A stretch of 64,000 nucleotides of DNA, taken from Negaprion brevirostris. Its lineage: Eukaryota. The notes under the pieces are model-generated. The model was not told the DNA's origin and searched no databases. It saw only the letters and a list, made by a program, of their open reading frames with translations. Every line of letters begins with the position of its first letter. Position 1 is the stretch's first letter. The stretch covers positions 44,468,291 through 44,532,290 of the forward strand of contig JARDVH010000099.1 of the NCBI GenBank assembly GCA_030324005.1, written 5' to 3'. The translations under genes were made by a program, and so were the position numbers. Positions 47,444 through 61,000 of the stretch are shown here, one piece after another.

Positions 47444-48289
47444 TCCTTATTCTGGTTCGAGAGCATTGAGGCATGAATGTAGTTGCAGATATAACAATCA
47501 AAAATATAAGGCACATTTTTCCTGTAGGTTTTGGAATGCCACAGATATGGTCAATGCGGATGTCTCAGCGGGGTACGGTCCCCCAAATGAGTTTTCCAAT
47601 TAGTGAGCAGAAAGTGAACTCATGGTGGACTGACTCTCAAGAGAGCCAATAGGAGGTCCTCCAACACAGAAGTTGCAGACTGTCATTTTATAAATTGGGG
47701 AAAGGGTGTAAAGGTGAGGGTGCCTTTTCTCCAGCATCTTTAATCTGAACTTAAAAAGGTGGTTTCAGTATCCAGATGACCATTATGGAGAGGGAGCCCC
47801 CTGCATTGTGCCCTGTGGCTGCAGCAAAAGCCAGGTGGGCAGGGAGGACGTCTAACCCTGTCTGGAGCATTGTCTCATCCCATTTTGTCATAGGGAGCCT
47901 TTTTAAGTCAGCCAGGTACCGTGATGCCTCGGAATTTGGGGAGTGACTAGAATTTTCCATCCCCAGTTCTGACAATAGGCCCTAACAGGCCTTTAATGAG
48001 GTTAGTTTATTATTCATCACTTGCAGGCTGGTAGCCCTGTTCTCCTCCACCATCTGCATCTTGGAAAATGGCATTGGGAGAGGAGCAGGTGGATGGAGCT
48101 AGGGAATCGAAATGCAGGCTGGTAATGTGAACTTACGTATCCACCCAGTTCCATGCCTGTTCCCATCAAGGCCTAATAATTAAGCCCATGTAAGAAGAAT
48201 CAGTAAGTTGTGAGATTGGTCTAATTATGTGGTGCAGCAACCTGGGCAATGTCAAGAAGAGAAAAGCAACAAGATAATAATAAGTATCT

Positions 48290-48560
48290 ATCACACCAGG
48301 GAATCAGTGAAGATTGTGGAAATGATGTAGAAAGGAGCTGAGAAGAGCTTGAAATGGTATACTGATCTACTGCGAAGAAAGAGACGAAATGTAGTAAGGT
48401 GAGTAATGGAGATGGGTCGGCCAGGATGAAGAGAAAGGCCTAAAATCAGAGAGAAAGATAAAGCGGCGAGAGACTCAGACATAGTGAGATTGGGAGAGGA
48501 ATAGATGACTTACAAGAGGAGATGGCAAAGAGTCATGAGCCAGTATTATGATGACCTCAA
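48290..48560 (-). mobile_element. Old L2-like LINE fragment
   Basis: Purine-rich segment whose reverse (LSLHPGRP..) resembles the L2 endonuclease-RT linker. Confidence 0.4.
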
Positions 48561-49109
48561 GTAAAATATACAAATTCAAAAAAAGAAAAAGAAGTTCTAT
48601 AAACATGTTTTTTTTAAAAAAATCATCACATCAATTGCAACAAAGGCAAAACAAGAAAAACTTCAATTTTTATCAAGTTCCAGGTGAAAAATCAACTCCA
48701 GTGAGCAGGGAGGGTACTATAATCATAAAGATCATTCAGGTAAGTACAGATGAAGGAAGCTGTTAATTACATTCTGTTCAACCTTCAAATGTGAGCAACA
48801 TTTGTCAGTGCCAGTAATTGAAGGGTGAAGAATCCTTAGAGGAAATTATCATTTAAGTCTCAGTTTTTTGCAGGACCTTAGACCATAGGAGTAACTTACC
48901 ACTGAACCTGATTTTAAACTCGTAACTCTTACTTATTACTTCCTTTGGATATTTAAACTCATTGGATTTCTGGTCAGGAACGATACAAATCATTTCATAC
49001 ACATACTGGCAATTGAGCTCAGTGGAAATCTGAGAATAGGCTTTTGTTGCCTCACAGTAATTTCTAGTTCAGATTTAGAAATTTACTTTCATTTTGATCA
49101 TTCATAACT

Positions 49110-49494
49110 GAGGCAATGGCCGGATGATATTATTGCTGGACGATTAATCCAGAAATTCAATTAATGTTCCAGAGAGCTGGGTTCGAATCCAGCCATGGCA
49201 GATGGTGGAATTTGAATTCAATAAAAATATCTGGAATTAAGAATCTATTGATGATCATGAAATCTTTGTCAATTGTTGGGAAAACCCATTTGGTTCATGA
49301 ATTCCTTTTAAGGAAGGAAATCTGCTGTCCTTACTTAGTCTGGCCTATGTGTGACTCCAGAGCCATAGCAATGTGGTTGACTCTCAAGTGCCCTCTGAAA
49401 TGGCCAAGCAAGACACTCAATTCAAGGGCAGCTAGGGTTAGTCAATTAATGCTGGCCAGCCAGTGACGTCCATGTCCCATGAATGAATAAAAAA
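49110..49494 (+). mobile_element. Full-length tRNA-derived SINE sharing its 3' tail with the LINE at 34004
   Basis: B-box GGTTCGAATCC. Body ggtggaatttgaattcaat..gaaggaaatctgc..gtgactccaga. Tail aatgctggccagccag..cccatgaatgaataaaaaa. Confidence 0.88.
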
Positions 49495-49696
49495 TATTCA
49501 CTTACAAATAAAGTACAGAAGTAGGAATACGATGGAACTATTGAAGATTGACAAGAAAGCAGATGGAAAAAATAAAATATACAAGTAATATTTTTAAAAT
49601 GTTGGTCATAGCAAATGGCATTCCTTCAGAGTAAAATCATGTTCAAGTTGCATGAAATTTTCTGAGACCACACTTATAGTACAGTGTGCAGTTATG

Positions 49697-51070
49697 GGGC
49701 TGAATGTTTTTGTCACGTGATGGAAGTGGGATTGGGGTTTGGAATGGCAAAAGCCTAGGGACAGTTTGTAGTTCCCGAAGCAGTTACCTCCAGTCAGGTA
49801 ATTTCTTGACTATCTGGACCTGCTTTGGTAAAAACAAGCAAAGATTGCAAATGTTTGGTCTTGGGATGAAGGAACAGGCAGTGCATAGAGCCGGGCCCAT
49901 CCGATCACAGAGGCAGATGCTAGGTATGTGCGTGAGTGGTGAGGCAGGCTGGTTAGAAGGCCCTCTTTAGTTCCCTGGAACTTCGCCTCAGTTGTTTTAG
50001 AATATTTTAGGCCTTCTAGCCACACTGCCGCATACCCCTGTCCATTCCCCTTTGCCCTTACATCCCCATGCAAACTCAATGCCAACTAATGGCACCTTAG
50101 ATTCTCTATGCCAACACAGTCCTACTCATACTCTCCACCCACCCCCCCGCCCCCATTGCATCCCAAACCATTCATGTCAACTATTTGCAACTTATGAATT
50201 TGGTTCCTATATCCTTTTTTAAAAATCCACAGAAATTTGATCCCCATGTCTTGACTTTGGCTTAGCCTTGGAATTAACTTGATAATTTTTACTTAATTAT
50301 TACTGAACCTTGACTTTTATTTAATTAACATTTCACAACTGTCCCATACTTTGGGATAATTAGACAGGGAAAGGGAATGTGCAATATTTATATGATGTTC
50401 AATCCCTCCACCATTTTTATCCACCTGGATTTATGTTCAGAAAGATGGCCTGCTCAAAGGATTGAGAGTCTAACTTAATTGTCAGTTTTGTATCTGAATG
50501 GGCCTGAACACCCTTCCTTCCTCTATAGCAATTTTTATTTCTATGCATCAACAATGAAGAGCATCTCATTGGCTTCAGGCAGGAATACGGTCCAGAAAGT
50601 CCCTCCATCATAGTGAAATTGGCAGACAAGCCCAGAAATCCTAAACCTTGCCCCCACTCCCAACCTAAATGCAACATGGCGTTTCCTATTTTTGTGCAGG
50701 CAAACTGCAGTTGGGCCAGGGTTTGTGTTTGCACAGTTTAAGGATGCATCTGGTGATTTAAATCACCAGCTGCCTCCCCTGTAGTGGAATGTTTGTAAAC
50801 CAAGGGTGTGAAATCCAGATGATCTGAAATTGGTGGATTTGTTCAGAAAGCCAGGGAATTGCCCCTTTGTAATGTTGCCACGAAGCCTTTGGGAAAGGTG
50901 AGGCACCTTGTTTAACAACCTTTAGGGTTGCTAAAATTAAACATGATTGTGTGCTTTTTATGCAAAAACTCATTGGAACTATTAAAGTTGTGAAAGATGT
51001 CAAAGAATTATCATAGCTGCCAAACAATGTTCAAAGCTGTCAGAGACACGTCAAGCAAAAAAAACTGTTG
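49697..51070. mobile_element. Old non-autonomous DNA element; the right part is interrupted by a SINE and a MITE
   Basis: GGGCTGAAT terminus. The body resembles 44476-45770 (ccatgcc..ctatgccaac tracts). Confidence 0.4.
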
Positions 51071-51073
51071 AAT

Positions 51074-51348
51074 GGGCAGCATGGTGGCACAATGGTTAGC
51101 ACTGCTGCCTCACAGGCCATGGACTCAGGTTCGATTCCTGGCTTGGGTCACTGACTGAGCGGAGTTTGCATATTCTCCCTGTGTCTGCGTAGGTTTCCTT
51201 CGGGTGCTCCGGTTTGGTCTACAGCTCAACGATGTGTGGGTTAGTTGGATTGGCCATGCTAAATTGCCCCTGAGTTTCAGAGGGACTAGCTGGGATAAGT
51301 GCCAGGGATTATGGGATAAGGCCCAGGTGAATTTGTGGTCTACTGCAG
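51074..51348 (+). mobile_element. HE1 SINE, 3' truncated
   Basis: gggcagcatggtggcacaatggttagcactgctgcctcacag..ggttcgattcc..ggagtttgcatattctccc..ggccatgctaaattgcccc. Confidence 0.92.
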
Positions 51349-51444
51349 CAGAACGCATTGGCTCGATTCTGGGTGTATCGCCATCAAGGGTGCACTTATT
51401 TAGAGATCAGTAAAAAAAAATGCTGAAGGTGCTTTTTATGCCCC

Positions 51445-52515
51445 AAGGCGATTCTCTGAAAAAAATGTGTTGAATTTGCATAAAAACTGGAGTAAATCCA
51501 TGCTTTTTTTTCAGTGGAAGTTTCAAAATTAATCTCCCACACTGTGCGCACTGCAGAGTGCACTCGTAGAAGTCAGCCTGTAAATCGGGGGCGGGGTTTA
51601 TTTCCTCTGGAGAGGCTGGTAGGCCACGCATTTGCTGAAATCGGCACATGCGCAATAGCCTCGCACTGCTACCTTAATTCTGGCGAGTTCTGTGCCCCCC
51701 ACCCCACCCCACCCCAATCCTGCCATGGCCTGATTGCTGACCCTCCAGATGTGTCTGGGTCAGCCTCGCTCCTACCCTCAGCCCGCCTCAATCCCTCGCT
51801 CTGTCCCCAACCCACCCACAGCCCCAATCTCCTGATTTCTACCCCTGCCCCTCACTGGCAGCCCCAACACCCTTCCGAAGTCCCCCGCGCCCCCCCCCCC
51901 CCACCCCCAACCTGATGCCCAGCACCAATCGCCAGCCTCCCTCCCTCTGTCACTTAGCCTGAGTGCAGAGTGGCAGCGGAGCCCCTCTCCCCCACAGATC
52001 ACCTCCCTCTCCAGAGGCCCTGGCCCACATTAGGCTCCACCCCCTGGGCATCAGTACCTTGCCCTTTAGGCAGTGCCAGGGCCCAGACTGGCAATACCCA
52101 GCAGGGCGGTGGGTAATTCCTCCTAGCGCTCAACCCTCTGGGAGGCCTCGATTACCTCCCCTTCACTCCAGCGGGGTCGAGCTGACAGCTCCCTGCAAGT
52201 GGGGAATATAGTAAACCCCGCTGGTGTAACTTACTCCTGGTGGGGTGGATTGGTGGGGGGAGGGAGGGAAGTAGAGACTAGCAGGCCTGGAGGCTTCAGT
52301 CCCAGGCCCACTAATAAAATGCAAAATTTATGGTAATGAATATTACATAAGTTCTTCAACTTTGTGCCGATTTCTGGCTAGGAGCTGATAATGCCAGAAA
52401 TCTGGCTGCTGGAGACTTGTGGAGGATATGGCGCCCAGCTGGATGTCTGAAAAAGGCCTCTGCTTGAATCTCCCAGCCTGCTGCGCTGCTTTAGCATTAT
52501 TAGCATGGTTTTTCA
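51445..52515 (-). mobile_element. Non-autonomous Harbinger element of the 16443-17091 family
   Basis: The left end ggcgattctc..gaatttgc..aaactggagtaaatc..tttttcagtgg..tcccacact matches 16443-16560. 52180-52510 matches 16780-17070. Confidence 0.75.
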
Positions 52516-54264
52516 CATCAGCCATCTTCTCCAGTAAAAACTATGGTGTAAGGACTCTGGAGGAGAAATGTGGAGCTCCTGTCCTGTATTGACTGGCTAT
52601 CCAGGTGCCCTTTAAATATAGCAGGGCCTTGGACCCCATGGCATAATGGCCCTGTGCGTGACTTGCTGCTCACCACACTCTGAAATTTGCCAAGCTCCTT
52701 GCAGATGCTGTCCATTTTTGTATGAATGGAAAATCTTTAAGCTGAAAAGTGGAAGATTGCATGTGTTCAGCCATCTGCCACTCTGCAGGAATCAGCTGAC
52801 ATGGCTACCAGACTAATTTTACCAAATCATAAATTTCACCAATGTTTTATTTGCTTCACTTGGTTTTTCCCCATCCTCTTGCCTCCATCTGTGCTGTTTG
52901 TCATGAAAGGTACTTGGATTTGGTTCCCCTACATTTCTCACTTGTTGGAATGTATCAATTTTCTATATAAAGATTACTCATTGTGCTGAATTTAGTTGAG
53001 TCCGCCAGAGTTGACAGGAGGTCCAGGCAAATTTGGCAATGAGCATGACAATTAGGCTCATTAGTGAGGTACTTTGCACCAATTATCCCTGAGCAGCAGC
53101 ACCCCCCCCCCCCCACCCCCAGAATTCAGTGGAGGCTCAGGGACTATACTGAACTCATATGGCTCTGTCATGCTTTCTGAAGCTTACCCAGAAACCTTGT
53201 TGGGCTTGCCAACTGTGTTCTGGGAGGAGAGAGTATCTTGTTGACAGACACTCAGTGCACAGTTAAAGGACAAAGCATCAACAGGGGTGGGAACTTTGAT
53301 AGCCATTCCTCTGAGCGTTTCTCAAAATGTCCTAATCCTCCTATCCATCTATCCCTTCCCTGTTTTACCCCCCATCAAACCACCCTCAACCTTCTCCATG
53401 GATTCAGGGGTGATCCATAACTGGACGTCGGAATATTACCAACAGTAATCAATACTCCGAGTGATGCCAGCAAAGGAGATCTACCAGCTTCTGATTGGTC
53501 AGTGGCTCTCAGAATGGGATTTCCATCCCACTGAAGGTTTGATTGTGTGGAAGTCCCAAGGCTGGTCAGTTGTGTCTGAGGGCATTTAAATTAGTCTCAC
53601 CCATGGAAGCAACACAGTGCTCCCACTAGTGGGAGTGACTCTCATTACTTTTCCTAAATGCCAGCCAGTGTTATATTTCAGTCCTTCCTGTCTGCCTATG
53701 GCTCCACTTGACTCTGACTTGATGCCCTCTCATCCCATTGATGTGTGGTCCTTTTAAAATATTGTTTTTCTAATATAGTTTTTTTCAAAATGCTGCCTGG
53801 TGTAAAATAAAAATTATACCAGCAGTGCAATAAATTTTTCACTCCATATCATTTTTCTTTGTTTCAAATATATAATGTAATAGCTGTTCTGCAATAAGGT
53901 AAATGGGGATAAATGAAAAGCAGATGGATTGTTAATAATTAACAGATGATATAAGCATAAACTCCAGGAGTCCAGTGGGGCGCAATAGGAACTTGTGTGT
54001 AATAAAATTATCCAGACATCCTTGGAGTTATACACAATCTTCAGAAAAAATATAAAGAAGGAACAAACCTCTTTCCAATAATTTTGTCTGTGGCTGGTAA
54101 TACAATATGCATGATCTGGTGTAATATTCCTCATTGAAGTACAAAGATTTCATTTTTCGGATTGTGCTGCTTATTGTGATGTAAGTGGTTAATTAATGCA
54201 AGTTTTACAAGCAAATAATTTAGTCATTGGGTAATTGTAAGTTACTTATTACACTAAATATTAT

Positions 54265-54627
54265 GGATGCGATTTTCTAAAAAAGTTCTAAGTGTCAAGT
54301 GGGCAATAAAATAATTTTCTCACCTGTTTTTGAGAGAGGTATGTAATGGTAATTTGACACTGTGCAATACAGAGGCAGTAATGGGAGTCTTGCTCGTTGC
54401 GGGGGTGGGGTGGCGGGATGGGCGAGGGGTAGAGCCCAGAGTCTCAGCTCACTTGCCAGGCTGACTGCTCAGCTCCAGGAGCAACGTTGCACAGGCTCCC
54501 CAGTCTTCCAGTATACTCTCTACAACCTATGTACACAGTATACTGGGTGATCTATCACTCCCCCATGGGCATCGCCACCCCCTTCCCCATGCTGATCACT
54601 GTTCTGGCCAGGTTCACCGCCCCCACC
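54265..54627. mobile_element. Harbinger-MITE terminal fragment running into a gap
   Basis: ggatgcgattttctaaaaaagttctaagtg resembles the terminus at 16443. Confidence 0.55.
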
Positions 54628-55141
54628 NNNNNNNNNNNNNNNNNNNNNNNNNNNNNNNNNNNNNNNNNNNNNNNNNNNNNNNNNNNNNNNNNNNNNNNNN
54701 NNNNNNNNNNNNNNNNNNNNNNNNNNNNNNNNNNNNNNNNNNNNNNNNNNNNNNNNNNNNNNNNNNNNNNNNNNNNNNNNNNNNNNNNNNNNNNNNNNNN
54801 NNNNNNNNNNNNNNNNNNNNNNNNNNNNNNNNNNNNNNNNNNNNNNNNNNNNNNNNNNNNNNNNNNNNNNNNNNNNNNNNNNNNNNNNNNNNNNNNNNNN
54901 NNNNNNNNNNNNNNNNNNNNNNNNNNNNNNNNNNNNNNNNNNNNNNNNNNNNNNNNNNNNNNNNNNNNNNNNNNNNNNNNNNNNNNNNNNNNNNNNNNNN
55001 NNNNNNNNNNNNNNNNNNNNNNNNNNNNNNNNNNNNNNNNNNNNNNNNNNNNNNNNNNNNNNNNNNNNNNNNNNNNNNNNNNNNNNNNNNNNNNNNNNNN
55101 NNNNNNNNNNNNNNNNNNNNNNNNNNNNNNNNNNNNNNNNN

Positions 55142-55216
55142 CTTATTGAATGGCAGGGCAGGCTCGAAGGGCTGGATGGCCTACTCCTGCTCCTATTTCT
55201 TATGTTCTTATGTTCT
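55142..55216 (+). mobile_element. CR1 3' UTR end
   Basis: ttattgaatggcagggcaggctcgaagggctggatggcctactcctgctcctatttcttatgttcttatgttct. Confidence 0.88.
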
Positions 55217-55692
55217 TTTATTTGATTTCATTATTTTTATAATTTTATAATTATTTCCGACCAGGAAACACATTGTCTAATAGTACGTCTGAGAATGTTA
55301 ACCCTGATCAACTTATTGCTACTATGATAGCCAGAATTAATTGACTTCCCAATTTTGAAAATAGCAATTACACAAACTGATTATTGTATATAGGTCGATT
55401 GAAGCAGAACACAGTTTAATCACAATGTGTTTTGTATCAGCATTTAACATGTTAATGTGGACACTGAAACCACCTTGAACCACTCACAGAACATTCAACT
55501 ACAATAACAATTAGAAGATAGATTCTTATTTACACAACATTTATTGAGAGAGATTAACCTAATAGGGAACCTGGCAAAATATTTAAGTGGGGTCATTGAA
55601 TGTTATCATTAACATTTAGAATGCAATTGAACAGCTGGAAAATGAAATGAATTAAGTATTACAGAGGGGTAGTGTTATTTCAACAGCCTATG

Positions 55693-56622
55693 AGGATGAT
55701 TGTCCAACCTCGCTACATCTTTCACAGACCATGCTAATACCAGAGAATAGTATACAGGGTTCTGCATCTGGTGCCACACAGTTTGTGATTTTCCCAGCCT
55801 CTTTCTGATGGCTCAGATCAGATCACAGCCAAAAAGGGCACAAGACAGATTAACATATTTAAATTGGCATTGAAATATGCATAGCCCATTTGAATCCTAG
55901 AGCATGGAGTTCTCCAGCCTTCTGACGCGGCAGAAAAAATGTGAGTATCACTATTGATCTTCACAAGCTATGGTCACATGAGAGTGGCAGGAATGCTAAG
56001 TGGGGAGCCCCCCAGACAGTCAGGGAGCATGGCCAGGCAGTTTTCAGTCAGTAATGCATACCCAGCAGTGCCTAACTGGCACACTGGTGGTGCCCAGCAG
56101 TGGTCACTGGACATTCTGGCAGTGGCCACTGGACAGTCTGGCAGTGCCAATTGGACACCACTAGTGGTCACTGACTGGGGGCCATGAGTGAGCAGGCANN
56201 NNNNNNNNNNNNNNNNNNNNNNNNNNNNNNNNNNNNNNNNNNNNNNNNNNNNNNNNNNNNNNNNNNNNNNNNNNNNNNNNNNNNNNNNNNNNNNNNNNNN
56301 NNNNNNNNNNTGCCCTTGCAACATGGTGCCTGAGTGCTCTGAAGCCAGGTTCACCGTCCTGTGTCACTGGTTAATGGGCTGCAGTTCATAACTGCAGTAC
56401 CCTCTTGATGGGGCCATGATTCATGTGATTAATACCCCATTATGCACCTTGTTTACAGACAGTAATCAGGGTTTCTAGGATTGTTTGAGAATTACCTGCT
56501 GAAAACTTCACTAAAGCTGTGCAATTTCTGCACCACTTACAACAAAAATTGTTTTTCTTCTTCTGCTCTTAGGCTATGAACTTTTGTGCCTCATCACCAA
56601 CATAATTGTAAAATTTGACCCC
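55693..56622. mobile_element. Old non-autonomous Harbinger-like element with a GGCAGTGCC array
   Basis: Right end GTAAAATTTGACCCC. About 20-bp periodic tggcagtg(g/c)c motifs at 56060-56180. Confidence 0.5.
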
Positions 56623-56846
56623 ATGGTACTTGAAGTACTTTGGAAGTCTGTTGAGGCTAAAAATAGTAATGGTCAGTTGAAGGGTGGATATTCAGGACCA
56701 TTTCTGGCATGGACTATGTGATCGGCATGTTATTGAGGCCGATAGTGCCGACACTATATGTGTGCACTGAAAATATGTAGAGTAGGCAGATTGTAACATC
56801 GAACAGAATTTAATGCCCGTCGTGCCATTTTGGACCTTGCTGCTAT

Positions 56847-56927
56847 AGTTTAGTTATTAGTGACTCAGGTCGGTTTACATTAACACTGCAATGAAGTTAC
56901 TGTGAAAATCCCTTAGTCACCACACTC
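56847..56927 (-). mobile_element. Alternative SINE tail fragment
   Basis: tttacattaacactgcaatgaagttactgtgaaaatcccttagtcaccacactc. Confidence 0.8.
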
Positions 56928-57042
56928 ATGTTCCAGAATGGANNNNNNNNNNNNNNNNNNNNNNNNNNNNNNNNNNNNNNNNNNNNNNNNNNNNNNNNNN
57001 NNNNNNNNNNNNNNNNNNNNNNNNNNNNNNNNNNNNNNNNNN

Positions 57043-57300
57043 TCTGTTGGGAAGCAATCGGGAAGCTAGTGATTGAGAGGTTTGCACTGGAGGTGGGGGG
57101 GGGTGGTGGGGTTCATATGCGCCGATCTCCCCACTGACAGATCAGTGCGTATACTCAGCACACTGATTCTGGCCTTTCCAATCGGATGAACCCTTCCTGA
57201 GAAACTCTGTAGCGCACAGAGAGATTTGTGAAAGTGTGCCCAAAAGACAGGCGGGAAAATCTCCCGTTTTTCTGCGTGTTTGTTTTTGGGAGAATTGCCC
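57043..57300 (+). mobile_element. Harbinger-MITE right terminus
   Basis: Ends ttttgggagaattgccc, like 18227. Confidence 0.6.
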
Positions 57301-57304
57301 TCGT

Positions 57305-57935
57305 GATATCAGACCTGTTAAACTCAAAGTCTTCTGGGGCAGATTCTCCTCAAACCTCTCATGGTACTGAAGTTTAGACAACTTTATAGTTGCCATATCA
57401 AAGATTGGTACTATCATAGAACGATCTTGTGTACTCAGTGTGAAGACAAAAAAAAACTTGAGCGTTATCCAGGATGCAGATATGTTCGGAGGTTGATAAT
57501 CTCACATCAGCTCAGAACGATGTGACATATTGTCAGAATACCCAACTCAAGGCTGTCCAAACGAATGCTCTACTCCAGAGCTAAGCCTGGGAGGCTGCTT
57601 ACATGGGAGCCAAAGGAAACATTTCAAAATCAATCTCAATAAGGCAATGAAGCAGATGCCTAGCTGTGACTAAAATAACAACCCATCATAAAAAGTGGTG
57701 CCAAGATCTCCTAGTGAACAGCCACAAAGAGAATGGAGAGATGGCAAGAAGAAACAGCTACTCAAGCCAGCAATAAACAACCGTCTCTGCTGGCCAGCAA
57801 CCAACATCCTCACATCTTTAAAGCTAAGCTTGTGAGCTATTTGTGACCCCACAGCCAACACTGACACCTCACTTCCACCCAGCTACCTAAAAGGAAGAAT
57901 CATCTTCAATAAAGATTGCCAGCGCTGATGATAAC
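57305..57935 (+). mobile_element. RTE LINE 3' fragment
   Basis: HQLR..HIVRIPNSRLSKRMLYS..HGSQRKHFK is similar to RTE QLRWAGHVVRMPDTRLPKQLLY..GGQRKRFKD. A degenerate RTE tail is present. Confidence 0.8.
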
Positions 57936-58038
57936 ATCTTTGAGAGCAGTAAAAAACAGTTCCTGTTACACTGTTATTACTGTAAGATTAGTTTGATGAC
58001 ACTTTCATTTTTCTTTCGTGTTCTTATAAGACATAGTT

Positions 58039-61000
58039 GGGATGATCCCCCATTCTGCTGTGCTCGGAGATTCTTGTGTCGACCAGTTTGCAGGATTCGC
58101 ATGTGTTCCTGCCCCGATAGCATCTCCCAACCCTAGTTTTTCAGCGCTAGCGGAACCACGCTGAAAATCAGCACAACAGACAAAAACAATGGCATGCATT
58201 TACATACCTTACCATCTGATTAGAGGGTCTGTGACAACAATCTCCACCCTCATTGCATCTCCCAGCTCTCTGGCGCGGTTTACATCTGCTAATATAAAAG
58301 TTGGGAGTTGGCGTAGCAGAGTTGAACAGAAGAAGGAGGTAAATTTTATGGCCCTGGAGTGCTGGGGATGTTGGAGGCCAGGCCTAGAGATTTGTGGCTC
58401 ACTGTGGAGAGCTTCCTGGAGATCTTCAGGTGTTGCGCCCTGGTCCTGTGGGATGCGGTCAAGCCCTTAACAGAGTGCTGGCCAGTCTGCTCTCTGCAGT
58501 CACTGTGCTGTTCCTGTGGGGCAGGGCCCTTTGAGTGTCGGCCCTGCCCAACCTGCACACTCTTCCTGCCAGCTGTGTTCACATTGCCAATGGCAGGCAT
58601 GGCACCATAGATTCTGTTGTGTTGCCAGCATCCACAAGTGTGAGTACTGACCCCGTGAGGGATGGGACGGGGGGCAGCTGCTGAGGTAGATGCAAGCAAT
58701 GACATAACTCTATCAATCTTTTTCTCTCCAAACTCCATTATGCAGAATGGATCTTGGGGACTGATTGATCTAGAGCTAGCCATCAAGGTGGTGGCTGAGG
58801 AGGTAGAGGCGGTTCAGGAGGTGGAAGGCATGGAGAGGCCCTGCAGGAGCAGCGAGTGGCAGGCCCTCAGGAAGGAGGGGAGGGGGCTGCCGCTGATGGC
58901 CAAGAGGTGGGAGAGCAGTCTCCCCAGAAGGTGGCCAGCAGAAAGAGGATGCAGAGGCAAAGGCGGTACTGGACCAGGCATTAATTTGAGCGGCTTTTGG
59001 AGATTATGTGCTGTCGCTGGCTCTGTCTTTCCTAGGACATGGTCCAACACTTGTTAAGGTGCTCGCACACCGAGTACCTGAAGGAAGGGGTGTCCACCTG
59101 CTCCCAGAAGAAGTTACGGTGACAGTGGCCCTTAATCTCCACCCATTGGACAAATGTGTCTCCTGGATGCAGACAACACCTTTGTATGTGGCCAGCAGTG
59201 TTGCTGCCACAGCCCACTGTGTCTCCAAGATGGCCTGGACCCTGTCACCCATGAGGCCAAATACCTCATGGGGGGGNNNNNNNNNNNNNNNNNNNNNNNN
59301 NNNNNNNNNNNNNNNNNNNNNNNNNNNNNNNNNNNNNNNNNNNNNNNNNNNNNNNNNNNNNNNNNNNNNNNNNNNNNNNNNNNNNNNNNNNNNNNNNNNN
59401 NNNNNNNNNNNNNNNNNNNNNNNNNNNNNNNNNNNNNNNNNNNNNNNNNNNNNNNNNNNNNNNNNNNNNNNNNNNNNNNNNNNNNNNNNNNNNNNNNNNN
59501 NNNNNNNNNNNNNNNNNNNNNNNNNNNNNNNNNNNNNNNNNNNNNNNNNNNNNNNNNNNNNNNNNNNNNNNNNNNNNNNNNNNNNNNNNNNNNNNNNNNN
59601 NNNNNNNNNNNNNNNNNNNNNNNNNNNNNNNNNNNNNNNNNNNNNNNNNNNNNNNNNNNNNNNNNNNNNNNNNNNNNNNNNNNNNNNNNNNNNNNNNNNN
59701 NNNNNNNNNNNNNNNNNNNNNNNNNNNNNNNNNNNNNNNNNNNNNNNNNNNNGGAATCCAGGACTGTCACAGAGAACACATATTAGGGGAAGGGAGGGAA
59801 AGTAACCTGTGCAGCATTGCATTTACTCTAAAGGAGACTTAGGAAGAGGGTTAAGCTGATGCTCACTTGCATGATGATGCCAACCTGGCTGTCAGTTACC
59901 ATTCTAGGTGTTGATTCTTCCCTTAGCTAGCTCCAGGGCACGCTGCTCGCAGACAGTCAGGTGCACAGCTCAGGCACACCACCACCTGTCTGTGCTCTCT
60001 CTCACTTGATTGTGTGCTCTTTTCTTCTGTGGGGGCATAAAGGGGGCTGAAAGGATGGATATATTGAAGTACATGGGGCACCTGAGATTTGGAGCTTGTG
60101 TTGGCCACTTTGGGGAAAAAGATCACCACTGGGGAGTGCTGTCTGGGGGGGCAGGTGGCTGTTGTTGGATGCCCTTCAAGTGCCTGAGCATGATGTGGTA
60201 TTGTTAGTACAGCACATGTGCAGGTTTCAGAATGGGATGCCAACTCATCCCCTCCCCTCTCCCTACACACAATGCCTTTTGCAGCATGACCCTTTGGGCA
60301 ACAGCCCTGAGTGGGGAACAGCAGTTGGCACCTCTTGTTCATTGTATCCAACTGGCAGGCCAGGTTTCTTTCTGGCCATCTTTCTGCAATTCTATGAGGT
60401 TTCTTTCCAGTTATCTTCCTGGTGTGTCCAGCTGTGTGTTCATTATTGCAGCTTATATACAGCTCTGGCTTGTTAGGGGAGTCCAGGTGCAATTTGTTTG
60501 GGCAATCGTGGGCTCATTTGTGAGAAATGTAAAGGGGACCCGGTTTCAATCAAGGGCGAGTGATTTCCCAGAGTGCTGATTGGCTCTCACTCAACAAAGT
60601 CCTGTGTCTAGGGGATACAATGCTGTCATACAACAAGGAAGAATGCTCGCAGGTAGGGGTTGTGCATGGCAACACAGTGCTATTTATATGCAAAGCAGTA
60701 GTGAGGCCAGTGTGNNNNNNNNNNNNNNNNNNNNNNNNNNNNNNNNNNNNNNNNNNNNNNNNNCAAGCAATATTCGTGCGGATGGTGGGGGTGGGGGGTG
60801 TGTTGGTGGAAGGTTAGTGATGTCCGTGGTAAGGAGTCAGAGACCAACGATGAGGCCAATCATGTCTGTGGGGAGTTGAGGCCAGCAATCTCAATGCTCG
60901 GATATCTTTTTAGTGATCCCCCAGATACGTGTGCATGCATGAGGTCCCACTCATTGTGCTAATTTCATCCTCTTCAGCAGAAAAAACGGCCAAGTTTTTA

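Noticed and set aside
48684-48739. Possible 56-nt exon with a strong CAG|GTAAGT donor
   Set aside because: The acceptor is weak, and the translations (GEKSTPVSREGTIIIKIIQ or EQGGYYNHKDHS) cannot be assigned to a protein.
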